DNA from: an uncultured Gammaproteobacteria bacterium
GTDB lineage: Bacteria; Patescibacteriota; Microgenomatia; UBA12405
Direction: 5' to 3'
Length of the DNA: 64,000 nt
Assembly (NCBI GenBank): GCA_964549165.1
Contig: CAZJUH010000002.1
Location: 1,896-65,895, forward strand
The first letter of the stretch is position 1. Every line of letters starts with the position of its first letter. The translations under genes and the position numbers were made by a program. The notes beneath the pieces are model-generated. The model was not told where the DNA came from and made no database searches. It worked only from the letters and a program-made list of their open reading frames with translations. Below are positions 1 through 9,577 of the stretch, one piece after another.

Positions 1-302
1 TTCGCGACCGCAAAACTCTCGCTGAAGACGGCATGTTCAGTGTTGTTTTAATGGTCAACAAAGAAGCTGGTATTCTATTCAAAGAGCCGATAATCCTTTC
101 CCGGGGTTTTGTTTTTATGAAAGAAAATACCGATCTTATCGATTATCTAAAAGAAGAAGTTGTCAAAAAATTTAGTGAAGTTATCAGTAAGCCGGCTAAT
201 TTCGAATATATTCGTACTGAAATTCAGGCCTATCTTGAAACTATAATCAAAGATAAAACAGGTCGAGAGCCAATGGTTTTACCTCTTATTATTGAAGTTT
301 AA
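1..302 (+). CDS. rnj: Ribonuclease J, C-terminal part (gene begins before window)
   Basis: Frame is open from position 3: RDRKTLAEDGM...SRGFVFMKE...TGREPMVLPLIIEV, the typical RNase J C-terminus. Confidence 0.9.
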   Translation, partial: RDRKTLAEDGMFSVVLMVNKEAGILFKEPIILSRGFVFMKENTDLIDYLKEEVVKKFSEVISKPANFEYIRTEIQAYLETIIKDKTGREPMVLPLIIEV

Positions 303-321
303 AATAGTTTTTATTAAATAA

Positions 322-357
322 TATTGTAGAGACGCATCATGATGCGTCTCTACAATA
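322..357. repeat. Perfect 36-bp palindrome, GTAG-type REP-like
   Basis: tattgtagagacgcatca|tgatgcgtctctacaata; same core as the repeat pair inside alaS. Confidence 0.9.
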
Positions 358-394
358 AAAAATATATTTCTATATTTCATTTGATAAACTTAAT

Positions 395-440
395 TGCTCG
401 CCTTTGTCTGCGATTTATCCCAGGCAGGACGAGCATTTTT
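395..440 (+). terminator. Probable intrinsic terminator after rnj
   Basis: tgctcg..tgtctg / caggca..cgagca stem followed by ttttt. Confidence 0.55.
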
Positions 441-455
441 GTTGTTTTATGTAGA

Positions 456-484
456 TTGGAGACAAAGATGAGCTGAGGTATAAT
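456..484 (+). promoter_or_regulatory. Sigma70-type promoter, likely leaderless transcript
   Basis: TTGGAG-17 nt-TATAAT, ATG 5 nt downstream at 490. Confidence 0.6.
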
Positions 485-489
485 CCTTC

Positions 490-768
490 ATGCCACTTTT
501 TGTAAAAGAAACCTCATCTAAGGGAGAGATTTGTGAATATACTCTAAATGATTTAGAGTACTCTTTTGTTACTGATTCCAATCAGGAAGTACAATTAACT
601 TTAGTAAGTAATCCTAAATTAGGCGGAGAAATAGAAACAAGGGAAGGGAAAAAATTTCACCTACCGTCTCTTATGGAAAATTCAAATCATTTACTCAATG
701 CTATTGAGTTTCGTTTTTTTAACAAAAAGGTTGAAATTCATTCTCTTGTTAAAGATACTAAAATTTAG
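490..768 (+). CDS. Hypothetical protein, 92 aa
   Basis: ORF fills the rnj-proS gap and has a promoter directly upstream; no recognisable motif. Confidence 0.6.
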   Translation: MPLFVKETSSKGEICEYTLNDLEYSFVTDSNQEVQLTLVSNPKLGGEIETREGKKFHLPSLMENSNHLLNAIEFRFFNKKVEIHSLVKDTKI

Positions 769-794
769 TTTATTTTTTACTGTTAAAATAACTC

Positions 795-2216
795 ATGGCT
801 AAATCACAGTTAAAGGATTTCAATACCAACCTCTCAGAATGGTTTACTGATGTTATTTTAAAATCAGAGCTTGCCGATTATGCCCCAGTTAAGGGCTGCA
901 TGATTATTCGTCCTTACGGCTATGCTCTTTGGGAGGGGATTCAGCAATTTTTAGATAAATTAATTAAGGAAAAAGGTGTTAAAAATGCCTATTTTCCGCT
1001 TTTTATCCCCATGCACTATTTGCAAAAAGAAAAAGAGCATGTCGAGGGCTTTTCTCCACAGCTGGCGGTGGTCACTATTGCTGGCGGTGAAGAGTTGACT
1101 GAGAAATTAGCTATTCGTCCCACTTCTGAAACCATCATATACGATATGTATAAAAAGTGGACATCGTCATGGCGCGATCTTCCAGTTTTAATTAACCAAT
1201 GGTGTAATATTGTCCGCTGGGAAAAAAGAACTTATCTATTTTTGAGAACTTCTGAATTTTTATGGCAAGAGGGTCACTGTGCCCATCTGACTCATGAAGA
1301 TTCAAATGAGATGGTGATATGGGCCTTAGATGCTTACGAAAAAACCTATCACGAATTAATGGCTATGTACGGAATCAAAGGTAAAAAAAGTCAATCAGAA
1401 AAATTTCCCGGTGCTGGTGATACCTATACTTTTGAATGTATGATGCCAAACGGCAAGGCTCTTCAGGCTTGTACTTCTCACGATCTTGGTCAAAATTTTT
1501 CCAAATCATTTGACTGGACCGTTCAGGATAAAAATGGTGAAAAAGCTTATCCTTGGCAAAATTCCTGGGGTCTATCAACAAGGGCTATCGGAGGTTTAAT
1601 TATGGCTCATGGTGATGAAAACGGCCTTAAACTGCCATCTCAAATTGCCCCCACTCAAATAGTCATTGTCCCCATACCTGGTCACGAAAAAGCCTTAAAT
1701 AAGGCCCAGGAAATTTTTTCTGATCTTAAAAAACAATTTAGAGTCGAAATAGACCTTGTTGACGGCGAAACTGCCGGCTTCAAATTTAACAAATGGGAAT
1801 TAAAAGGTATCCCTCTCAGACTTGAAATCGGAGACCGTGATGTCGCCAGTGACTCTGTTATTATTACTCGTCGAGATACCAGTGAAAAAATTACGGTAAA
1901 AAATGAAGATTGTAGTCTGAAGATTGAAGATTTACTAAAAGAAATTCAAAATAATTTATTTAATATTCACAAAAAATTTACCGAAGATCACACTTTTTCC
2001 ATTGATTCTTATGATGAATTTAAAAAAATTATGGACTCTTCTCGTGGTTTTATCAAGGCTCATTGGTGTGAAGACCCTCAGTGTGAAGCCGAAATAAAAA
2101 AAGACACTAAAGCTACTACTCGCTGTTTACCTCTTGATGCTCCAGAGGAAGAGGGGAAATGTATTCATTGTGGTCAGCCCTCTCATCACCGCTGGCTCTT
2201 TGCTTTGTCTTACTAA
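795..2216 (+). CDS. proS: Proline--tRNA ligase (archaeal/eukaryotic-like type)
   Basis: RPTSET, FLRTSEFLWQEGH, SHDLGQNF, C-terminal Zn-binding cysteines. Confidence 0.97.
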   Translation: MAKSQLKDFNTNLSEWFTDVILKSELADYAPVKGCMIIRPYGYALWEGIQQFLDKLIKEKGVKNAYFPLFIPMHYLQKEKEHVEGFSPQLAVVTIAGGEELTEKLAIRPTSETIIYDMYKKWTSSWRDLPVLINQWCNIVRWEKRTYLFLRTSEFLWQEGHCAHLTHEDSNEMVIWALDAYEKTYHELMAMYGIKGKKSQSEKFPGAGDTYTFECMMPNGKALQACTSHDLGQNFSKSFDWTVQDKNGEKAYPWQNSWGLSTRAIGGLIMAHGDENGLKLPSQIAPTQIVIVPIPGHEKALNKAQEIFSDLKKQFRVEIDLVDGETAGFKFNKWELKGIPLRLEIGDRDVASDSVIITRRDTSEKITVKNEDCSLKIEDLLKEIQNNLFNIHKKFTEDHTFSIDSYDEFKKIMDSSRGFIKAHWCEDPQCEAEIKKDTKATTRCLPLDAPEEEGKCIHCGQPSHHRWLFALSY

Positions 2217-2220
2217 TTTT

Positions 2221-2253
2221 TTTTAGATTTTAGAATTTAGATTTTAGATTTTT
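2221..2253. repeat. Heptamer tandem array (TTTTAGA-like) x4+
   Basis: ttttaga ttttaga atttaga ttttaga tttt between proS and ftsK. Confidence 0.8.
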
Positions 2254-2277
2254 CCATTTTTACTCTATACTGTATTT

Positions 2278-4416
2278 ATGCCCCGCGGACGCAAGAAAAA
2301 TCGAATTCTCCCTACCCTAAAACTTAAGCCAGATACTGTCAAGTCAATTTTCTTCATCTTCTTTTTAATTTTGGCCATACTATCAGTATTTTCATTTCTT
2401 CAACAGGGGAGTATTGCTTCCGATGTAAACTTAATTTTAACTAAATATTTTGGGTGGGGTGCAGTTATGGTTCCCTTTTTATTTCTCCTTATCTCTTTTC
2501 TTTTTACAAAAGTTAAATCAGCTCTTCGCGAAGCCAATGTCTTTTTTGGTTTTTGTATTATGTTTTTTGCTCTTCTGGGTCTTTTCAAACAAGGATTTTT
2601 GGGTGCCTTCTTTTGGGAACAATTTTTAGCTTTATTTTCCGAAGTACTTACCTTTATTATTTTCTTTTTTGCTCTGATAGTCGGTTTTGTCGTTCTTTTT
2701 GATACTAATGTGGCTCAAATTTTTAAATTTTTTGCTCATCTTTTTCAAATGATTAAAAGATATTCGGTTGGCCAAAGCAATAAACTAAAAGATAAAAAAG
2801 CCAGAGAAATGGCTAAAAACCCCATCTATCAATCAGAAATGAATACCTCCTCTAGTTCTGAATTAAATCTAAATCGAGATAAAGATGTTTCAAAATCATC
2901 GTCAAAGGCTGATTTTGGAGTAGTCAATATTCCTCCCGTTATCAAAAATTCTTCTCCACTGACCTCTTCTGGCAATCAGACTTGGGTTTATCCCTCACTT
3001 TCAATTTTTGATAATACTCCCGGTGCCAAAGCAGATCGGGGAGATGTTCGTAAAAATGCTCAAATTATTGAGACAACATTAGAATCTTTCGGTATTACTG
3101 CTCGCGTTGCCGAAGTAAACGATAGTCCTTCTGTAACTCAATATGCCCTCGAGGTTTCTCTGGGGACAAAACTAGCCAAAATACTTTCTTTAAGCAACGA
3201 TCTAGCCATGGCCCTGGCTGCTCCTGGTGGCCAAATCAGAGTCGAAGCTCCCATTCCTGGAAGATCTCTTGTTGGTATTGAAATGCCAAACCGTTCTCTT
3301 GAAGTTGTCCCAATCAGGGCAATTTTGGAATCAGATATCATGAAAAATGCCAAAAGCAAAATTTCAGTTCCTCTTGGTCTTGATGTGGCTGGTCAGCCTA
3401 GAATTGCTGATATTTCCAAAATGCCTCACGTTTTAATTGCCGGTCAAACCGGCTCCGGAAAATCAATTTGTATTAATTCCTGGATTTCAACCCTACTTTT
3501 TCGAGCTTCTCCTGATGAAGTTCGTCTGATTATGGTGGATCCAAAACGGGTTGAACTTTCGCAGTACAATGGCATTCCCCATTTACTTACTCCTGTTATC
3601 GTTGAGCCAGAAAAAGTTGTTTCTGCCTTAAAATGGGCTGTTAATGAAATGGAGCATCGTTATAAGCTTTTTACCGAAGTTGGGGCAAAAAATATTGAAG
3701 GTTACAACAACATGTCAGGTTTTCAAGCTATTCCCTATATTTTGATTGTGATTGATGAGCTGGCCGAAATCATGCTTTTTTCTCCCGCCGAAGTTGAAGA
3801 CAATATCTGTCGTATTGCTCAAATGGCCCGGGCCGTCGGCATTCATTTAGTTTTAGCCACCCAGCGGCCATCAGTCAATATTATTACCGGTCTAATCAAG
3901 GCTAATATTCCAACTCGCATTGCCTTTGCTGTTGCCTCAATGACCGATTCTCGGGTCGTATTAGATACTCCAGGTGCCGAAAAATTACTTGGTCGGGGTG
4001 ACATGCTTTATATTCCTCCTGACTTGGCCAAGCCCGTCAGAATTCAGGGCTGTTTTATTTCCGATAAAGAAGTAAATCGCCTAATTGATTTTTTGAAAAC
4101 TCAGCGCAGTGGTGATTACAACGATGAAATCACAAAGCAGCCAGTTAGTAGTCCCAATTCAATTAGTAAAAATATGATGGTCAGTGATGGTGAGGAGCGC
4201 GATGCTGTCTTTGACGATGCCGTTAAATTAATTCAAGATACTGGCAAAGCGTCTGCCTCTTTTATGCAACGTCATTTAAAGCTTGGTTATGCCCGCGCCG
4301 CTAGAGTTCTTGATGAACTTCAAGCGGCTGGTATCGTTGGCCCAGTCAATGGTGCTAAGCCTCGAGAAATTTTAATTCCCCATAAAAGTTCTTCCGATAA
4401 TAATTTGGAAGAATAA
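2278..4416 (+). CDS. ftsK: DNA translocase FtsK/SpoIIIE
   Basis: N-terminal TM helices, GQTGSGKS Walker A, LATQRPS, GAEKLLGRGDML, gamma domain GYARAARVLD. Confidence 0.97.
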   Translation: MPRGRKKNRILPTLKLKPDTVKSIFFIFFLILAILSVFSFLQQGSIASDVNLILTKYFGWGAVMVPFLFLLISFLFTKVKSALREANVFFGFCIMFFALLGLFKQGFLGAFFWEQFLALFSEVLTFIIFFFALIVGFVVLFDTNVAQIFKFFAHLFQMIKRYSVGQSNKLKDKKAREMAKNPIYQSEMNTSSSSELNLNRDKDVSKSSSKADFGVVNIPPVIKNSSPLTSSGNQTWVYPSLSIFDNTPGAKADRGDVRKNAQIIETTLESFGITARVAEVNDSPSVTQYALEVSLGTKLAKILSLSNDLAMALAAPGGQIRVEAPIPGRSLVGIEMPNRSLEVVPIRAILESDIMKNAKSKISVPLGLDVAGQPRIADISKMPHVLIAGQTGSGKSICINSWISTLLFRASPDEVRLIMVDPKRVELSQYNGIPHLLTPVIVEPEKVVSALKWAVNEMEHRYKLFTEVGAKNIEGYNNMSGFQAIPYILIVIDELAEIMLFSPAEVEDNICRIAQMARAVGIHLVLATQRPSVNIITGLIKANIPTRIAFAVASMTDSRVVLDTPGAEKLLGRGDMLYIPPDLAKPVRIQGCFISDKEVNRLIDFLKTQRSGDYNDEITKQPVSSPNSISKNMMVSDGEERDAVFDDAVKLIQDTGKASASFMQRHLKLGYARAARVLDELQAAGIVGPVNGAKPREILIPHKSSSDNNLEE

Positions 4417-4421
4417 TCAAT

Positions 4422-5018
4422 ATGAAACGTGCTTCAACTATTCTCGAGTCTGCTCGCCTCGACCGGGAAATTGATTTTACTGATATTTGTAAAAAAACAA
4501 AAATTCCACTTCGCTATTTAATCGCCTTCGAAAATGAAAATACTAAAGATTTTCCCGAGGAGCCTTATTGTTCCCTAATGGTCAAGGACTATGCTGAGTT
4601 TTTAGGTTTAAATGGGGAAGAGCTTTTATCTCTATTTCGTCGCGATTATGATCGGCATCATCCCAATGTTGCCAAAAGTCGCTCCTTGTTTTCTTTAACC
4701 CCTCAATTTAGTTTTACCTTTTTTATTATTCTTCTCTCTCTATTTTTTGGTCTTTATTTAATCTCTGAATATTTAAAATTCAATCGCCCGCCTCATTTAG
4801 AAGTAAATTGGCCGGAGAATATTTCCGAGTCTTCAATTAAAATTTCCGGAAAAACTGATCCTGAGTCCACTGTTAAGATAAATGATTCTCTGGTCCTTGT
4901 TGATCTTGAGGGGAATTTTACCAAAGAACTTCAAATTTCTACACCTGAGGCTAAAATTATCATCGAAGCTAAATCTCCAGCTGGCAAAGTTACGATTGAT
5001 GAAAAAGTCCTAAAATAG
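4422..5018 (+). CDS. RodZ-like helix-turn-helix membrane protein with C-terminal Ig-like domain
   Basis: HTH (TKIPLRYLIAFE...YAEFLGL), one TM helix, SGKTDPESTVKIN Ig-like segment; follows ftsK. Confidence 0.75.
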   Translation: MKRASTILESARLDREIDFTDICKKTKIPLRYLIAFENENTKDFPEEPYCSLMVKDYAEFLGLNGEELLSLFRRDYDRHHPNVAKSRSLFSLTPQFSFTFFIILLSLFFGLYLISEYLKFNRPPHLEVNWPENISESSIKISGKTDPESTVKINDSLVLVDLEGNFTKELQISTPEAKIIIEAKSPAGKVTIDEKVLK

Positions 5019-5032
5019 TCTATACTATTCTC

Positions 5033-5278
5033 ATGGATATCAATCAAATCGTCATCATCATTTCACTTTTGTCTATTTCCACCGTTGTTGTTATTGTCGG
5101 GATCTATCTCATTAAGTTAATAAAAGATCTAAGAGTAACAGTGGGTGAAACCAATAAAATCATTTCTTCAGTTTCTCAGCCTCTTTCTTCTTTTTCTGAA
5201 TTTTTAATGGGTTTCAGAAACGGTTTTTCTCTTTTTAATTCTTTTTTCAATAAAGACAAAAAAGAAAAAAATAATTAA
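5033..5278 (+). CDS. Small membrane protein (DUF948-like)
   Basis: N-terminal TM helix followed by an amphipathic helix. Confidence 0.6.
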   Translation: MDINQIVIIISLLSISTVVVIVGIYLIKLIKDLRVTVGETNKIISSVSQPLSSFSEFLMGFRNGFSLFNSFFNKDKKEKNN

Positions 5279-5305
5279 TTAATTTTTATTTGTTATTTAT
5301 TAATT

Positions 5306-5330
5306 ATTCGACTTTAGACTTTAGAATTTA
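5306..5330. repeat. Degenerate heptamer array
   Basis: attcgac tttagac tttagaa ttta. Confidence 0.6.
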
Positions 5331-5338
5331 ATAAATTT

Positions 5339-5701
5339 ATGTCTTGTTGTAATGATAAAGATTGCGATTGTCATCAACATAGTAGTTTTATTTTTGGTTT
5401 GATTATCGGCTTAGTTATCGCTGCTGTCGTTGCCATTGTTGTCTATAAAAATAACCGTGAAGTCGTCCTTTTAAAATTAAAAAAACAAATTGAAAAATTT
5501 ATTTCGGCCATAGGTCGATCTGCCTCTGGCGGAAAACCAAAATCAGAAGAAATTATCGAATCATTTATTACCCCTAATGTACCGAGAAAAAAAATTATCA
5601 AAAATATAAAGAAAGACGTTGTTATTCCTAAAAACCTAATTATTGCCGACACAACCCCGAAATCAATTTCCTCCAAGCCAAGGAAAATGTTTAAAAAATA
5701 A
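5339..5701 (+). CDS. YtxH-like membrane-anchored protein
   Basis: FIFGLIIG..AAV TM motif, basic tail; contains a 30-bp repeat. Confidence 0.6.
   Translation: MSCCNDKDCDCHQHSSFIFGLIIGLVIAAVVAIVVYKNNREVVLLKLKKQIEKFISAIGRSASGGKPKSEEIIESFITPNVPRKKIIKNIKKDVVIPKNLIIADTTPKSISSKPRKMFKK
5504..5533 (+). repeat. 30-bp coding palindrome, degenerate copy (SAIGRSASGG)
   Basis: tcggccataggtcgatctgcctctggcgga, in frame. Confidence 0.8.
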
Positions 5702-5728
5702 TTGGAGTTTCCCTGCTATAATTCCTCT

Positions 5729-7528
5729 ATGAACGCCAGGCAGTTAAAAGACATTTTTGTCAACTTTTTTGTTTCAAAGGGCCATGTCGAAATTCCCTCC
5801 GCCTCTCTTATTCCCGAAAACGATCCCACCACTCTTTTTATCTCTGCCGGCATGCATCCTTTAGTTCCTTATCTCTTGGGGCAGTCACACCCATTCGGAA
5901 AACGTTTAGTTAATGTTCAAAAATGTTTAAGAACCGGCGATATTGATGAAGTTGGCGACACCTTTCATCACACTTTTTTTGAAATGCTAGGCAACTGGTC
6001 ACTTGGTGATTATTTTAAAGAAGAAATGATTGCCATGTCTTATGAATTTTTAATCAAAATATTAAATTTAGACAAAAATAATCTCGAAGTAACCTGTTTT
6101 GCGGGTAATCAGTCTTCCGAAAAAGACGAAATTAGTGCCAGTAATTGGAAAAAATGTGGTATTCCAAAAAATAAAATAAAATTTATTACTGACAATTGGT
6201 GGGGTCCAGCTGGTACCACCGGTCCTTGTGGTCCGGACAGCGAAATGTTTTTTAATGGTCTTGAAATTTGGAATGACGTTTTTATGGAATTTAATAAAAA
6301 TGCCGACGGAACTTTTTCTAAATTAAAACAACAAAATGTTGATACTGGCATGGGAGTCGAAAGGACCACTGCTGTTTTATCCGGTCTTTCAGATAATTAT
6401 TTGACTCCTATTTGGCAGTCAATTATCAAAAAAATTGAAGAAATTTCGGGGAAATCATATGTAGAGACGAACTGCGTGCGTCTCTCTCAAACACAAAACG
6501 AAAATAACACATCACAAAACATTAAAGGAGACGCATACAATGCGTCTCTACAAATCCAAAAACCATTTCGTATTATTGCTGACCACATTCGTGCTGCTGT
6601 TTTTATCATTGCCGATGGAGTTGAGCCAAGTAACAAAGAAGCCGGATATGTTCTTCGCCGCCTTATTCGCCGGGCCATCCGTCAAGGAAAATTAATCGGA
6701 ATCGAAAATAATTTTCTAAAAATTGTCGCTCTGGTCGTTTTAGACAATCAAGATAATTATGCTGGAATTTATCCAGAACTTGATTTAAATAAAAATAAAA
6801 TATTAGAAACTTTAGAAGCCGAAGAAATTAGATTTCGTCGTACTCTTAACAAAGGTCTCGGTGAAATAACTAAACTAATTGATCGACAAAAAAATGTTTC
6901 TGGCAAACAGGCTTTTGATTTATATCAGTCTTTTGGTTTCCCGGTCGAAATGATTGCTGAAGAATTAAAAAAGAATAATTTATCCTTAGATTTGGCCGAA
7001 TTTAATCGTCTTAAAGATGAGCATCAAAAACAATCTCAAACTCTTTCGGCGGGCAAATTTAAATCAGGTCTTGCCGATCACAGTGAGATTATCACCAAAT
7101 ATCACACCGCCACTCATCTTTTACATGCTGCCCTGCGACAAGTTTTGGGCAAGCATGTTGAGCAGTCTGGTTCAAATATAACTGCTGAGAGGTTGCGTTT
7201 TGACTTTTTCCACCTTGAAAAAGTTTCCGATCTTGAGTTAAAAGAAATTGAAAAACTCATCAATGAACAAATAAATTTAAAATTGCCAGTTACAGTGGAG
7301 TCGATGAAATTTACTGATGTTAAAAAATCTGGGGCTCTGGCCTTTTTTGGCGCTAAATATCCGGAAATTGTTACTGTCTATATCATTGGTGATCCCAAAA
7401 AATATTTTTCCAAAGAAGTCTGTACCGGTCCCCACGTTGATAATACCGGTAAACTCGGAATTTTTGAGATTCAAAAAGAAGAATCCGCGGGTAGTGGCAA
7501 GCGCCGGATTTATGCTATTCTTAAGTAA
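5729..7528 (+). CDS. alaS: Alanine--tRNA ligase (short form lacking C-Ala domain)
   Basis: TLFISAGM, HHTFFEMLGNWS, DTGMGVER, HTATHLLH editing motif, EVCTGPHV; start set at ATG 5729 after TGcTATAAT. Confidence 0.97.
   Translation: MNARQLKDIFVNFFVSKGHVEIPSASLIPENDPTTLFISAGMHPLVPYLLGQSHPFGKRLVNVQKCLRTGDIDEVGDTFHHTFFEMLGNWSLGDYFKEEMIAMSYEFLIKILNLDKNNLEVTCFAGNQSSEKDEISASNWKKCGIPKNKIKFITDNWWGPAGTTGPCGPDSEMFFNGLEIWNDVFMEFNKNADGTFSKLKQQNVDTGMGVERTTAVLSGLSDNYLTPIWQSIIKKIEEISGKSYVETNCVRLSQTQNENNTSQNIKGDAYNASLQIQKPFRIIADHIRAAVFIIADGVEPSNKEAGYVLRRLIRRAIRQGKLIGIENNFLKIVALVVLDNQDNYAGIYPELDLNKNKILETLEAEEIRFRRTLNKGLGEITKLIDRQKNVSGKQAFDLYQSFGFPVEMIAEELKKNNLSLDLAEFNRLKDEHQKQSQTLSAGKFKSGLADHSEIITKYHTATHLLHAALRQVLGKHVEQSGSNITAERLRFDFFHLEKVSDLELKEIEKLINEQINLKLPVTVESMKFTDVKKSGALAFFGAKYPEIVTVYIIGDPKKYFSKEVCTGPHVDNTGKLGIFEIQKEESAGSGKRRIYAILK
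6460..6552. repeat. REP doublet (REPIN-like) inserted in frame in alaS
   Basis: tgtagagacgaactgcgtgcgtctct - A/C-rich spacer - ggagacgcatacaatgcgtctctaca; 93 bp. Confidence 0.85.
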
Positions 7529-9576
7529 TGGAGGCTTCCTATTATTGGCTCATTTCTATCACTACCCAGGCTGTTTCTGTCGGCTTAATAAAACGAGATA
7601 ATCCAAATACCTTGGTGGCCCTTGGTCCGGAAACCGAATGGCTTTCTGATAATCCTGATTCCTTTCTTCATTCTGTTGATATTTCTCTCTCTGCTGCTGC
7701 CGAAAAAGCTCTTTTGGAACCTGAGCAAGAACCGGAATTTAGTGCTTTTATCTTACCTCCAAGTTGGATTGGCAATGATGGCAAAATATTTTCCAATTAC
7801 TTAAAATTACTCGAAAGCCTCTGTCATTCTCTCGAGCTAAAACCACTTGGTTTTATTAGTAATGATGAGGCATTTATTGAATCAGTCAATAAAAATGATT
7901 CTTTTCCCCCTAGTTTTATTCTTGTTTATTTAGGAAAAAAAGAATTTTCTCTGTCCCTGGTTTATCTCGGAGAAGTTAAAAAACGCCTAAGTCAAACTTT
8001 AATCAATGATTTTTCCCCCGAGGATCTGGAAAATGCCCTTCTTACCATTCAAATGGAATCAGCTCTGCCACCTAGAATTTTAATTTTTGGTAATTTAAAC
8101 CAGGGTATTGTTGATGATTTAAAAAATTACTCCTGGGTTGGCAAAAAAAATATTGAAACTTTTCTTCATTTACCTGATGTTACTGCCTTTGAACCTGAAG
8201 AATTATTTAGTCTTTATAGCCAAACCGTTTCTTCTCAAATTGATAATAATCCGGTTGAAACCAAACTCGAAACTCCATCAACTCCACTAGTTGAAGAAGA
8301 AAATCTGGTTGAAGCTGAAACTATTTCTCCGGAAAACGAAGTTGCTCCCGAGGATTTAGGTTTTACTGAGACTGTCGAGCTAAACGAATCAAAGCCCAAA
8401 GTCAAAATCACTCTTCCGGCTTTTTCTTTTCCTAAATTTAAAATACCTCATCTAAATTTTAATCCTTGGTTTTTGTTGCCCCTGGCTTTATCCCCACTCT
8501 TAATTTTAATTCCTTATTTTTTGATAAAAGCCGAAATTACTATTAATTTTAACCCAATAGAAATAAATAAAGATTTTAATCTAAGCCTTGACTCAACTGC
8601 CACTTCAGTTTCAAGTACCCTTCTACCCGCTGATAAAAAGATTATCGATTTAAATTTTTCCGAATCACTTCCAACTACTGGTCAAAAAGAAACAGGTGAC
8701 AAGGCCAAAGGTGAAATCACTATCTTTAATAAAGCCGATAAAATTCAAAATATTTCTAAGGGAACTGTAATGACTGATAACTCAAACAAAAAATATGAAC
8801 TTTTAACTTCGATTCAGGTTCCCTCTTCTTCTTTTAATTTAGGCTCTGGGACTATTACTATGGGTCAGACAAAGGCAAATGCTATTGCTAGCGATATCGG
8901 CTCTGAATTTAATTTAAATAAAGACACTTTATTAAGTTTTAAAGATGATTCCAATCTCCTCGCCAAGGTAAATGAAGGCTTTACTGGGGGGAGTCGTCGT
9001 CAAATCCGAGTTGTTAGTGTTGATGATAAAAATAAATTAAGCCAATCAGTTGAGGCATCTTTGGGGACTCAAATTTCTCAAAAGATAAATTCAGATAGTA
9101 ATTACCGCGAGCTCTTAAAAGAGACTCTTTTTGTTGACAAAAAACAATTAGTTTTCAGCCGGGAGATAGGTGAAGAAGCCGAAACCCTAGAAGTTAATGC
9201 CAACTTAACTATTTCTCTTCTCCAAATTAATCCCCAGAAAAAAGATAGTATCATCAAAACTCTCCTAGCTAGTGATCAAAACTTTCTTCAGTCGGTGGCC
9301 TCTCCTTCTGATTTTACTTTTTCTTTTACTGCCACTAAAAACAGTTCTCAAAAATCAATCGGAAAACTAACCCTTACTGGTAAGACCTTACCCAAGATTG
9401 ACGTTGACCATCTTCGTTCACTTTTAGCTGGTAAAGATTTTACCAAAGCCATGAGGATAATTGAGTCTCAACCACGTGTCTACGATCGGAATATTCAAAT
9501 TATTCCCTCAGTATTTTCCTTTTTAAAAAGATTACCCCCCTCAGCCGATAAAATTACCATTATTTCTAAATTTTAA
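7528..9576 (+). CDS. Membrane protein with extracellular baseplate-J-like domain
   Basis: Cytoplasmic N-domain, single TM, TTGQKETGDKAKGEITIFN...ISKGT...G.EFN motif. Confidence 0.55.
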   Translation: MEASYYWLISITTQAVSVGLIKRDNPNTLVALGPETEWLSDNPDSFLHSVDISLSAAAEKALLEPEQEPEFSAFILPPSWIGNDGKIFSNYLKLLESLCHSLELKPLGFISNDEAFIESVNKNDSFPPSFILVYLGKKEFSLSLVYLGEVKKRLSQTLINDFSPEDLENALLTIQMESALPPRILIFGNLNQGIVDDLKNYSWVGKKNIETFLHLPDVTAFEPEELFSLYSQTVSSQIDNNPVETKLETPSTPLVEEENLVEAETISPENEVAPEDLGFTETVELNESKPKVKITLPAFSFPKFKIPHLNFNPWFLLPLALSPLLILIPYFLIKAEITINFNPIEINKDFNLSLDSTATSVSSTLLPADKKIIDLNFSESLPTTGQKETGDKAKGEITIFNKADKIQNISKGTVMTDNSNKKYELLTSIQVPSSSFNLGSGTITMGQTKANAIASDIGSEFNLNKDTLLSFKDDSNLLAKVNEGFTGGSRRQIRVVSVDDKNKLSQSVEASLGTQISQKINSDSNYRELLKETLFVDKKQLVFSREIGEEAETLEVNANLTISLLQINPQKKDSIIKTLLASDQNFLQSVASPSDFTFSFTATKNSSQKSIGKLTLTGKTLPKIDVDHLRSLLAGKDFTKAMRIIESQPRVYDRNIQIIPSVFSFLKRLPPSADKITIISKF

Positions 9577-9577
9577 A

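Noticed and set aside
360-794. T-box riboswitch upstream of proS or alaS
   Set aside because: No T-box consensus; both genes have -10 boxes immediately before the ATG.
6460-6552. Intein or self-splicing intron in alaS
   Set aside because: Too short, with no intein terminal motifs or group I/II structure; the palindromic ends fit a REP doublet.
7528-9576. Prophage or contractile injection system
   Set aside because: No other structural, integrase or lysis genes; the context is housekeeping.
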